This document shows positions 30,249 to 39,686 of a stretch of 64,000 nt of DNA, piece after piece. Position 1 is the stretch's first letter. Each line of letters opens with the position of its first letter. The stretch is taken from contig JAUVNS010000003.1 of assembly GCA_030599585.1 (NCBI GenBank), forward strand, positions 1-64,000, in the 5' to 3' direction. The position numbers and the translations under genes were made by a program. This DNA is from Promethearchaeota archaeon (lineage in GTDB: Archaea; Asgardarchaeota; Lokiarchaeia; Sigyniarchaeales; SOKP01). Below the pieces are notes generated by a model. The model was not told the DNA's origin. It made no database searches and saw only the letters and a program-made list of their open reading frames with translations.

Positions 30249-31553
30249 TTACATGTAATCCATCCAGGATTCAAAGTTTTTGGGGTATTTTGCTTTATGA
30301 CCCAATGCTTCTTCTATACGGAGTAGTTGATTAAATTTACACGTTCTATCGCTTCTACATGTGGCACCTGATTTCATTTGTCCCGTACATAGACCCGTAG
30401 CCAAATCAGCAATGAAATTATCTTCAGTTTCCCCAGAACGGTGTGATACCATTACATTGAACCCATTATTAAATGCCATTTTAGCCGCTTTTATCGCTTC
30501 TGTTAGCGATCCTATTTGATTAACTTTAAGTAATAGCGCATTACCTGCTTTTTCATCTATCGCTTTTTTCAATATTTTTATGTTCGTAACAGTAAGATCA
30601 TCGTCGACAATCTGAATTGATCTATCAACCTTAGCTGTTAAATTTGAAAAAGATCTAAAATCTTTCTCATCAAATGGATCTTCAATAGATTTAAATGGAT
30701 ATTCGTGTATTAAATCTATGTAATACTCCATCAGTTCCTCATTTGTGAGCTTTTTCCCATCAATATTATAAATTCCGTCTTCGTAAAATTCGCTTGCTGC
30801 TGCATCCATCCCAAGTACGAAATCTGTGCCCATCATAAAACCCGCTGCTTCAACGGCTTCTATGATTATATCTACAGCCTCCGAAGTTGTTGATAAATTT
30901 GGAGCGAAACCCCCTTCATCGCCTACATTAATTGCTGAAGGGCCATAATTCTGTTTCAGTAGCTTCTTTAAGTTTTGATAGACTTCAGCAACATGTTGTA
31001 TTGCGTTAGAAAACGAATCAGCACCTATAGGTAATATCATAAATTCTTGTATAGCTAGGTCATTTCCAGCGTGTTTTCCCCCGTTAATTATATTACATGA
31101 TGGTAAAGGTAGTAAGAAGTCTTCCCTTGATTTTCCATATGCTAATTCGTAGAGATATTGATATAAAGGTTTCTCAGATAGAAGCGCAGCCAATTTTGAA
31201 ACAGCTAAAGACACCGAAAGTATTGCATTAGCACCTAAGTTGCTTTTATTTTCCGTGCCATCAATTGCAATCATCTCCTCGTCGATGTTGGTTTGTTCTC
31301 GAACATCAAAACCTTGTAGTTTATTGCTTATTATAGTGTTTACTTTAGATACTGCAATAGTAACGTGTTTACCCAAGAAAGCATCTCCTCCGTCTCGTAA
31401 TTCTAAAGCTTCCATAATTCCCGTTGATGCTCCTGAAGGCACTGCAGCTCTTGCATATGTTTTTCCCGCAAATACATCAGATTCGACGGTAGGATTTCCC
31501 CGTGAATCTAAAATCCATCGCGATTTAATTTTTGTGATTTTATAATCTGTCAT
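30249..31553 (-). CDS. eno: Enolase
   Basis: DSRGNPTVE, VPSGASTG, GDEGGFAP, LLLKVNQIG, SHRSGET. Confidence 0.98.
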   Translation of the reverse strand: MTDYKITKIKSRWILDSRGNPTVESDVFAGKTYARAAVPSGASTGIMEALELRDGGDAFLGKHVTIAVSKVNTIISNKLQGFDVREQTNIDEEMIAIDGTENKSNLGANAILSVSLAVSKLAALLSEKPLYQYLYELAYGKSREDFLLPLPSCNIINGGKHAGNDLAIQEFMILPIGADSFSNAIQHVAEVYQNLKKLLKQNYGPSAINVGDEGGFAPNLSTTSEAVDIIIEAVEAAGFMMGTDFVLGMDAAASEFYEDGIYNIDGKKLTNEELMEYYIDLIHEYPFKSIEDPFDEKDFRSFSNLTAKVDRSIQIVDDDLTVTNIKILKKAIDEKAGNALLLKVNQIGSLTEAIKAAKMAFNNGFNVMVSHRSGETEDNFIADLATGLCTGQMKSGATCRSDRTCKFNQLLRIEEALGHKAKYPKNFESWMDYM

Positions 31554-31671
31554 TGTATCGTTTCTTTGTCCATTTTTTAAAGTTGTATAATAATAATAAA
31601 TAAAGAAACTTTAATTCTTAATAGTATTTTTTTATTTATTATTTGTAAATCTATTTATATTTGGTGTTACA

Positions 31672-32643
31672 TTGGCAGCTGAAAACAAACCGTGGGTGGA
31701 AAAATACAGACCTCGCATATTAGATGATGTGGTTAACCAAGAAGGAATTATTAAACGACTGAAGCAATTCGTAAAGGATATATCGATGCCGCACCTTATA
31801 TTCGCTGGTCCGGCTGGTACTGGTAAAACAACTTCTGCCTTAGCTATGGTCAGAGAATTATACGGAAGTAAAAAGGCAATTAATATTACATATTTAGAAC
31901 TGAATGCAAGTGATGCCAGAGGTATAGATGTTATAAGAACTTATATCAAGGATTTTGCCAAAGCTAAACCTCCTTCCGATATCTCTTTTAAAATTCTAAT
32001 TTTAGATGAAGCAGATAATATGACAGCAGCTGCTCAACAAGCTTTAAGGAGAACAATGGAAAAATATACACGCAACTGTAGGATGATATTAATTTGTAAT
32101 TATTCTAATAAAATTATTCCACCTATTCAATCTAGATGCGTGGTTTTCCGTTTTTCATCTTTGAATAACGTAGATATTAAAAATCGTGTCAAATTTGTTG
32201 CAAACAAAGAGGATATAAACATTACTGCTGATGGTTTAAACGCTTTAGTTGACGTCTCAAAGGGAGATTGTCGCAGAGCTATCAATTACTTGCAATCATG
32301 CGGAACAATCTCTAAAAATATTGATCAAGATGTAGTGTTTCGGGTTGCTGGAGAAGTCCCAACAGAACGGATCAGCGAAGTTCTTAAAACTGCTCTTAAG
32401 GGTCAATTACAATTTTCACTAAAATTGTTAAATGATATAACGAGAGAATATGGATTGTCAGGTATAAATATCATAAAGAATTTACATCGAGAAATTTACG
32501 ATTTGAATGTATCGGAAAATGTAAAAATAGAGCTAACAAAACTCCTAGCAGAGTTCGAGTACCGATTAAGTCAAGGAGGTACGGAAGAAATTCAGTTACA
32601 AGCCCTTCTCGCTAATATTGTTACGCTGCATGAGACTAAATAA
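31672..32643 (+). CDS. rfcS: Replication factor C small subunit
   Basis: PWVEKYRP, GPAGTGKT, ELNASDARG, DEAD, IQSRC. Confidence 0.97.
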   Translation: MAAENKPWVEKYRPRILDDVVNQEGIIKRLKQFVKDISMPHLIFAGPAGTGKTTSALAMVRELYGSKKAINITYLELNASDARGIDVIRTYIKDFAKAKPPSDISFKILILDEADNMTAAAQQALRRTMEKYTRNCRMILICNYSNKIIPPIQSRCVVFRFSSLNNVDIKNRVKFVANKEDINITADGLNALVDVSKGDCRRAINYLQSCGTISKNIDQDVVFRVAGEVPTERISEVLKTALKGQLQFSLKLLNDITREYGLSGINIIKNLHREIYDLNVSENVKIELTKLLAEFEYRLSQGGTEEIQLQALLANIVTLHETK

Positions 32644-33453
32644 TTTCTGCTTAGTTGAAAATTTTATTTCTTGTTGCAGGAAGAATTTATTCATTCTCTC
32701 TTGTGATTTGGTATCAATTATGAATTGAATTTTTTCTCCGTAATTAATATCCCATAGTATTAATCCTAAGGGATTAGCGGGTTGATAGGAGTAGGTTTTG
32801 GAGGGGTTAAATAAATCTAAAAACTCTTCAAAAGTTATTATTTCTAAACCAATTTCAAAGATCTTTGCAACCATTCTTCTAATTTGCTGTCTTAAAAAAG
32901 CCCGACTCTTGAAATCGAAAATTAAGAAATCACCGTTTAATCTCAGGGATGCTAACATAATGTCTCTAATAGTTTTTTCATTGTCTTTCTCTTGTTTGGA
33001 AAAGTTACTAAAATCGTGTCTTCCTTCAAATTCTTTACATGCTTTAATCATTTCATTTAGATTATTTGAGGTCATCCCTCTACGAAAGATTTTTGAAGAG
33101 GGAATAATATACTTGTAATGTCTATACAGAGCATTGTATCTTGAAAAAAAATCATTTGGTACTTTGGAATATCCCCAGATTCCAATATTTTTTGGGAGAG
33201 CTGAATTGATCTCCATTAAAATTGGTTTTTTTTCAGATTCAAAAGAAAAACTAGATCCGCGGGCGGAAACGTACCTATCAGTCCTGCTTGCCACTTCGAA
33301 ACCCGATTTCTTATCATCTATTATATATTTTCTCTCCTTTAAGGCATTCAACAGACAATCTTCAATTGTTAGATAATCGGGTTGGCGCTGAGAACCATGA
33401 TATTTTTTTTTCCCAATGTAATAGAATTTAAAGATATACCTTGTTTTTTCCAT
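32596..33453 (-). CDS. truA: tRNA pseudouridine(38-40) synthase TruA
   Basis: GSQRQP, ASRTDRYVSA, GRHDFSNF, FLRQQIRRMV. Confidence 0.92.
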   Translation of the reverse strand: MEKTRYIFKFYYIGKKKYHGSQRQPDYLTIEDCLLNALKERKYIIDDKKSGFEVASRTDRYVSARGSSFSFESEKKPILMEINSALPKNIGIWGYSKVPNDFFSRYNALYRHYKYIIPSSKIFRRGMTSNNLNEMIKACKEFEGRHDFSNFSKQEKDNEKTIRDIMLASLRLNGDFLIFDFKSRAFLRQQIRRMVAKIFEIGLEIITFEEFLDLFNPSKTYSYQPANPLGLILWDINYGEKIQFIIDTKSQERMNKFFLQQEIKFSTKQKLFSLMQRNNISEKGL

Positions 33454-33636
33454 CCTAATAATTACATACTTAAAATTTTAATAATTTAATGGATGAAGTA
33501 GGATTTTTATGATAAATGAATTTCGTGTTAGAATATCAAGACCAATTATTTTGCTAAAAAACAATCTTTTAATGTTTTAAAATCTTTTAAATTTCATAAC
33601 TATTATACCCTTCAACAATATTATAAAAGGAAAAAT

Positions 33637-36600
33637 ATGTCCTATATTTACTCATCTTTAAAAAATCTTAGAGATCGCGCAAGAGCAAGTATAACAATAA
33701 AAACATTTAACATCGTGTTTTTCTTTGCTCTCTTTTTAGTTGTAGTTTTAGCAATTTTCATTAGACTCTCACCGATTATTTCTGGTAATACCCTTATAAA
33801 AGCATTTGACCCCTGGATACAATATTACAACGCAGAATATTTATCAACGCATTCTGTATTTGAATATTTTAATTGGCACGACCTAAAAAGTTGGTTTCCT
33901 GAAGGATATAATCGAGGAAACCTTAGACCTGGTTTAACTTTTACTGTGGTAGCAATTTATCAAGTTATTAATTTTATAGGAATTCCAATTTCACTGTATG
34001 ATATTTGTTACTTTTTTCCAGCGATTATGGGAGGTTTGTCTGTTTTAGCTATCTATCTCGTAGGGAAAGAAACGCTCGATCGAAGATGTGGATTAATAGC
34101 AGCATTCTTCTTAGCTTTTAACCCTGGTTTCATGCAAAGAACAACGGCAGGATTTTTCGATAATGAAACTATCGGCGTTTTCGCTGCTTTAATGACTTTC
34201 TATTTCTTTATTAAAACAGTGAGAACAGGAAAATTCTATCATGCCGTTTTAGGTGGGCTCTTTTCTGGTTATTTAGCTTTAAGTTGGGGAGGATTTAATT
34301 TCGTTTTTTTAATTCTGCCAGTTGTGTGTGGTATTATGATTTTACTGAAAAAATACGATTCTAACCTCTTAATCGCTTACGCAGGAATCGAAGGAGTTGG
34401 ATTACTAGTGTATTCTTTAAGCATTAAATTCCCGTTTAATTCTTTCTTTAGTAGTATGGAGCTTGGTTTAATTTTTTATTTTACTCTTTTCCTAATTATA
34501 TTTCATATTTTATATACAAATAGAAACAACTATTCTCGTCTATACAATGGTCTAATAAACACCTTAAAGTGGGGGCTTATCCCCGTAATCGTCATTTTAG
34601 GCGTTATTATATGGGTTGCACCAAATTTAATTCCTTTTGGATTTGGTCAACGATTAGTAAGTGTTTTAAGTCCTTTAATTAGAAATACTTTAAATATTGT
34701 AGCTTCCGTAGCTGAACACATGCCAAGTTCATGGAGTGTATTTTACTATAATACTTTAATTCCTCTGACTCTTTTACCTCTTGGATTATTTTTCTTATTC
34801 AAAAGAGCTAATGTCGCTGATATTCTACTACTCGCTTTTTTAATTTTAATTTTTTATTTTACTGGTAGCATGATTCGAATAATATTACTATTTGCCCCCG
34901 CGGCATGTTTAGTGGGTGCGTATGGATTAGTTAGTGTTTTAAAAATATTTGGCAGTTTTTATGGAGAAAAAAGAATAGGTGTTAGTAGAAAACGAAAGCG
35001 CCAAGTCAAACGGATGGTTGGAAAATCCGAAATTGGAGCTGTTTATTTCATAGTTGGGATTATGTGTATCGCCCAAGTTATGCACGCTTCTAACATCGCT
35101 ATAACACAACTATCACAGAGTCAATTAGCACCAGGAGGGCAAATACACGATTGGGAAGAGTCATTAACTTGGATGAAAACAAATCTCCCTGGAACAAGTG
35201 TTGTTGTCTCGTGGTGGGATTACGGTTATTGGTTAACCCCGATAGGAAACATGACAACGGTTAACGATAACGGAACAATCAACGAAACTCGAATAGGTTT
35301 GACAGGAATGGCAATGATGCAAACAAACGAGATATATAGCGCTAAAGCGTTTAAAGCATTAAAAGCAGACTATGTATTAGTCTATTTTGGAATGCTGTAT
35401 CCTAATCTAGGAGGAGATGAAGGCAAATGGAATTGGATGGTAAGGATTTGTAACGATAACTACCAAAAATATAAGAATCTTGGAATGGAAGAAGACAATT
35501 GGGCTTCGAATTCCGTATTCGTAGAAAGCGAATATTTTAACACAACTACTGGAACCCCCACTCCAAAATGGTTCCAGAGCCAGTTAGTTAGATTAATGTT
35601 TTATGGAAACCCAACGGCTCCTCCATCAAATCCTAATAATATCCAAACATTTACTGAGTATTACCAAAACCAAATTCATACATTAAGAGAGGATCAAGGA
35701 GGCCTATATCTCGAACACATACCTGAAGATGGATTATATGATTTCAAGGTTTTTACGCCCGCTTATATCTCATCAAATGGAATGGTGAAATTGTTCAAAC
35801 TTGATTACACTGCTTTAGAATCTAGTTTTCTAATAGAAAATCCAGAAATATTAGATACGGGTTATGCAACTTTCAGGTTAAAGAATACGGGCTCAAAGGA
35901 TTTAACGATTAACGCCGTAAAAATAAACGGAGAGAGTTACAATTTTAAAATGGGCAAGGGGTTTGAAACTAATACTCTAATCGCAGATGAGGATGATTTA
36001 GTTTGGGTAGACATTCAATCTAGTGGAAAATCTTTTGAAACAAACGATGTAGTAAACATTGAAGTCGAGGTTCAATCAATCGCAGTTGATTCTTCACCTT
36101 TCACTTTCACAAATAGCACAAGCAATTTATTTGTAAAAGAAGCTAAGGAAGGAGATATTAGAATTAATAAAATCAACAGTAATATCGTTCAAGTTAATAA
36201 TTCGGCGAGTGAAATAAATCTAGAAATTGAAAACACAGGGCTAACTACAATAATATTGAAAGATTTCTACATTGATAATGAGGTAAATACACTCAATAAC
36301 ATAACTTATTCTTTAGGATCTCCAATTTTAGAACCGGGGCAAATAGCACATGTCAAAATTCCAAATACACTCTACCCCTTTTATCCATTAAGAACTGAAC
36401 ACTTGATAGGCGTAATTACTCCTAATAATATCAAAGATGAGTTATTATTCACCTCAAATTACGATGGTTTTAAAATTTCTATTCTTGAAGAAACCAGAAT
36501 AGCATCCCCAGAAGCTCTAATTACCACTCAATCTGATTTTCGAAAACACGTACCAATTAATCTCGAAAAAACATTTGCGTATACTTATGCTAATGGTACA

Positions 36601-37509
36601 ACTCAGGTAAATTTAATGGTTAAAAACACTGGAGATATCATACTAGGGCTAGACTCAATATATCTGTCTTCTTCTTCAAGTTGGACATCCATATTGAGTT
36701 TTGTGCCATTTAATTTAAATCCGGGGCAAGAGAGAAGTCTTACTATCACAGCCTCAGATTATTTAACAGGCATTGAAGTAAACGATGAGGTAGGAATTAT
36801 AGTTACCGCAAATTTCGATGGTACTACAAAAGCTTCTGATATTGGCTTCGTTCACACGATTGTAGACAAACCAGATATAGAAATCATTGATGATGTAGAA
36901 GGACATACTGCTTCTTATATAGCTGCTAACGAAACAGGCAAAATTTTAATCAAAAACACGGGAGATGAAGAGATTACATTAGATAAAATATACCTGAATA
37001 GTACTACGAGCTTATCCTTTACAAACGATGTAATTTTTGAATATGGAGATATCACCCTCGATATACAAGAGTGCGCTTTAGTTTCTTTCAATATAACTGG
37101 CTTAAAGTTAAATTCCACTAATATTGTAAACGTGAACATCACTACAAACACTTCTGCTCAATATAACATGGACTTTCCCGTTTTTCTAGATTCAACTTTA
37201 TTCGAAATAAATATCGACGATACTGGAACGTTTGCATCTAATACCGGTAACGTTGTAATCAAAATTGACAACATTGGAATTTATAATCTCACAGTAGATT
37301 CAGTTTATATAAATAACACATTAATTTCTTTGAGTAATTTTATTGAAAATATTTACGAAATTGAAGCAGGAAGCTCAATTCAATTTACAATCAGCATGGT
37401 AAATCTTGAAAGTATAATTGGATCTGTTGATATTGGCGAAAGTTTAAACATTTTAGTTCGAACCAAGGAAGGTGCAGAGGATATACACGAAGAAATCGTT
37501 GCCTCATAA
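33637..37509 (+). CDS. aglB: Oligosaccharyltransferase AglB/STT3 with long C-terminal beta-sandwich repeat extension
   Basis: FDPW, GFFDNE, SVAEH, WWDYG, DNGT, DEGKWNWMVRI (DK motif); many TM helices; five NTG-type repeats after the catalytic domain. Confidence 0.93.
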   Translation: MSYIYSSLKNLRDRARASITIKTFNIVFFFALFLVVVLAIFIRLSPIISGNTLIKAFDPWIQYYNAEYLSTHSVFEYFNWHDLKSWFPEGYNRGNLRPGLTFTVVAIYQVINFIGIPISLYDICYFFPAIMGGLSVLAIYLVGKETLDRRCGLIAAFFLAFNPGFMQRTTAGFFDNETIGVFAALMTFYFFIKTVRTGKFYHAVLGGLFSGYLALSWGGFNFVFLILPVVCGIMILLKKYDSNLLIAYAGIEGVGLLVYSLSIKFPFNSFFSSMELGLIFYFTLFLIIFHILYTNRNNYSRLYNGLINTLKWGLIPVIVILGVIIWVAPNLIPFGFGQRLVSVLSPLIRNTLNIVASVAEHMPSSWSVFYYNTLIPLTLLPLGLFFLFKRANVADILLLAFLILIFYFTGSMIRIILLFAPAACLVGAYGLVSVLKIFGSFYGEKRIGVSRKRKRQVKRMVGKSEIGAVYFIVGIMCIAQVMHASNIAITQLSQSQLAPGGQIHDWEESLTWMKTNLPGTSVVVSWWDYGYWLTPIGNMTTVNDNGTINETRIGLTGMAMMQTNEIYSAKAFKALKADYVLVYFGMLYPNLGGDEGKWNWMVRICNDNYQKYKNLGMEEDNWASNSVFVESEYFNTTTGTPTPKWFQSQLVRLMFYGNPTAPPSNPNNIQTFTEYYQNQIHTLREDQGGLYLEHIPEDGLYDFKVFTPAYISSNGMVKLFKLDYTALESSFLIENPEILDTGYATFRLKNTGSKDLTINAVKINGESYNFKMGKGFETNTLIADEDDLVWVDIQSSGKSFETNDVVNIEVEVQSIAVDSSPFTFTNSTSNLFVKEAKEGDIRINKINSNIVQVNNSASEINLEIENTGLTTIILKDFYIDNEVNTLNNITYSLGSPILEPGQIAHVKIPNTLYPFYPLRTEHLIGVITPNNIKDELLFTSNYDGFKISILEETRIASPEALITTQSDFRKHVPINLEKTFAYTYANGTTQVNLMVKNTGDIILGLDSIYLSSSSSWTSILSFVPFNLNPGQERSLTITASDYLTGIEVNDEVGIIVTANFDGTTKASDIGFVHTIVDKPDIEIIDDVEGHTASYIAANETGKILIKNTGDEEITLDKIYLNSTTSLSFTNDVIFEYGDITLDIQECALVSFNITGLKLNSTNIVNVNITTNTSAQYNMDFPVFLDSTLFEINIDDTGTFASNTGNVVIKIDNIGIYNLTVDSVYINNTLISLSNFIENIYEIEAGSSIQFTISMVNLESIIGSVDIGESLNILVRTKEGAEDIHEEIVAS

Positions 37510-37640
37510 ATCCCTACTTTTTATTTATAATAGTAATAAAAATAAACTATGTTAGATTAAAAAATCTATAGACCTATCGTCTATAAATTAAGTTTAACTT
37601 CATCTTTAATTAATCTTCAAATTTTGGTGTCTAAATTATA

Positions 37641-39644
37641 ATATCTAATTTCAAAATTGAATCTAGTTTCAAACCTAGCGGAGATCAACCAGAAGCAATC
37701 AAGAAACTCGCCGAAAACATAAAAAACGGAAAAGTCTTTCAAACTCTTTTAGGTGCGACAGGTACGGGTAAAACATTTTCTATAGCACAAGTCATACAAA
37801 GAATCCAAAAACCTACATTAGTAATGGCACCTAACAAAACATTAGCAGCACAATTATATAACGAACTTAAAGATTTATTTCCTAAGAATGCGGTTCATTA
37901 CTTTGTTAGCTACTACGATTATTATCAGCCTGAAAGCTATATGCCTGTGTCAGGTTTATATATTGAGAAAGATTTCAGTGTGAACGAGGAAATCGAGAGA
38001 TTAAGGCTAGCTGCTACTCATGCAATTAGAACGAGGAACGATGTTATCATTGTTGCAACTGTATCATGTATTTATGGTATTGGTGATCCAAAAATTTGGA
38101 CCGCAATTTCCCTAAATCTTGATGTTGGACAAACTATTCAAAGGAAGGAAATAATTAAAAGGTTAATACTGATGAACTATGAAAGAAAGGATATCGAGTT
38201 TAAACCAGGAATAGTTAGAGTTAAAGGAGATATCGTCGATATCTTTCCCGCGTATTTGAACAATGCAATTCGCGTTTCATTATTTGGAGATGTAATCGAG
38301 TCTATACAAGAAATACATTATGTTTCTAATAATGTTTTAAAAGATTTATCAAATTGTAGGATATTCCCAGCTACTCATTTTATAATACCAGAAGAAAATA
38401 AAGCTAAAGCATTAATTTCAATTGAAGAAGAGTTAGAACAACAAGTAGCCAAATTCATGAAAGAAAAGAAATATGCTGAGGCACAACGTATTGAAAAAAG
38501 ATCAAAATTTGATCTTGAAATGATGAGAGAAATGGGTTGGTGTAAGGGAGTGGAAAATTATTCTAGACACCTAGATGGCAGACCACCCGGTAGTCCACCG
38601 ATGTGTTTAATTGATTATTTTCCAAAAGATTTCTTGATAGTTGCTGACGAGAGTCATATAACGATACCTCAAATTCATGGAATGATTGGGGGGGATAGGT
38701 CAAGAAAAAGGAATCTCATTGAGTTTGGGTGGAGATTACCATCCGCATACGATAATAGGCCTTTGACTTTTGAAGAATGGGAAGCGAAAATAAATAACAT
38801 AATTTTTATGAGCGCTACTCCCGGAGCTTGGGAACTTAAAAAGAGCGGTGGAGTATCTGCTGAACAAATAATTAGACCGACTGGCTTGGTTGATCCCCAT
38901 GTGGAAATTCGTCCTGCTAAAAATCAAATTGATGACTTGTTAGATGAGATAAGGAAAGTCATAAGCAGTAAAGGAAGAGTTTTAGTCACCACTCTTACTA
39001 AAAGGATGTCGGAAGATATTGCTGAGTATTATTCTGAAATAGGTTTAAAGGTTGCTTACCTACATTCAGAAGTAGGAACCGTTGAACGATTTGAAATATT
39101 AAGACGTTTAAGAAATGGTACTCACGATGTATTAGTGGGAATTAATCTTCTTAGAGAGGGATTAGATCTACCCGAAGTTAAATTAGTAGCAATTTTAGAC
39201 GCAGATAAAATGGGTTTTTTACGCGACACGCGATCGCTTATACAAACCATTGGTAGGGCTTCTCGTAACTTAGAAGGTAGAGCGATATTATATGCCGATA
39301 AGACAACTCGAGCTATGAAAGAAGCAATTGAAGAAACAGATAGAAGAAGAAAAAAACAAATAGATTACAACGAGAAATTTAAAATTACACCTCAAACAAT
39401 TAAGAAAAATATCTTAAATTCGCTTTCTGAGGAACATGAGTTCAAAGAAAGAGAAACAAAGAAATTGAAAAGAAAAGTTAAAGATAAAATTAAAGATTTA
39501 GAAAAAGAGGTAGATAAAACTTTGGTAATTGAATACCTTGAAAATAAAATGTTTCTTGCAGCTAAAGAGCTACGGTTTGAGGATGCTGCCTATTTACGAG
39601 ATAAAATTAAGGAAATTAAGAAAGATTATAAAATAAAAGTGTGA
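37641..39644 (+). CDS. uvrB: Excinuclease ABC subunit B; true start about 61 codons upstream of the ORF-track start, at ATA 37638 or 37641
   Basis: In-frame upstream extension ISNFKIESSFKPSGDQPEAI...QTLLGATGTGKTF contains Walker A; FVSYYDYYQPE, DESH, GINLLREGLD, UVR domain. Confidence 0.95.
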   Translation: MSNFKIESSFKPSGDQPEAIKKLAENIKNGKVFQTLLGATGTGKTFSIAQVIQRIQKPTLVMAPNKTLAAQLYNELKDLFPKNAVHYFVSYYDYYQPESYMPVSGLYIEKDFSVNEEIERLRLAATHAIRTRNDVIIVATVSCIYGIGDPKIWTAISLNLDVGQTIQRKEIIKRLILMNYERKDIEFKPGIVRVKGDIVDIFPAYLNNAIRVSLFGDVIESIQEIHYVSNNVLKDLSNCRIFPATHFIIPEENKAKALISIEEELEQQVAKFMKEKKYAEAQRIEKRSKFDLEMMREMGWCKGVENYSRHLDGRPPGSPPMCLIDYFPKDFLIVADESHITIPQIHGMIGGDRSRKRNLIEFGWRLPSAYDNRPLTFEEWEAKINNIIFMSATPGAWELKKSGGVSAEQIIRPTGLVDPHVEIRPAKNQIDDLLDEIRKVISSKGRVLVTTLTKRMSEDIAEYYSEIGLKVAYLHSEVGTVERFEILRRLRNGTHDVLVGINLLREGLDLPEVKLVAILDADKMGFLRDTRSLIQTIGRASRNLEGRAILYADKTTRAMKEAIEETDRRRKKQIDYNEKFKITPQTIKKNILNSLSEEHEFKERETKKLKRKVKDKIKDLEKEVDKTLVIEYLENKMFLAAKELRFEDAAYLRDKIKEIKKDYKIKV

Positions 39645-39686
39645 ATAATTTCATTACACATACATTGATTGTTAACAGGAGTCATT

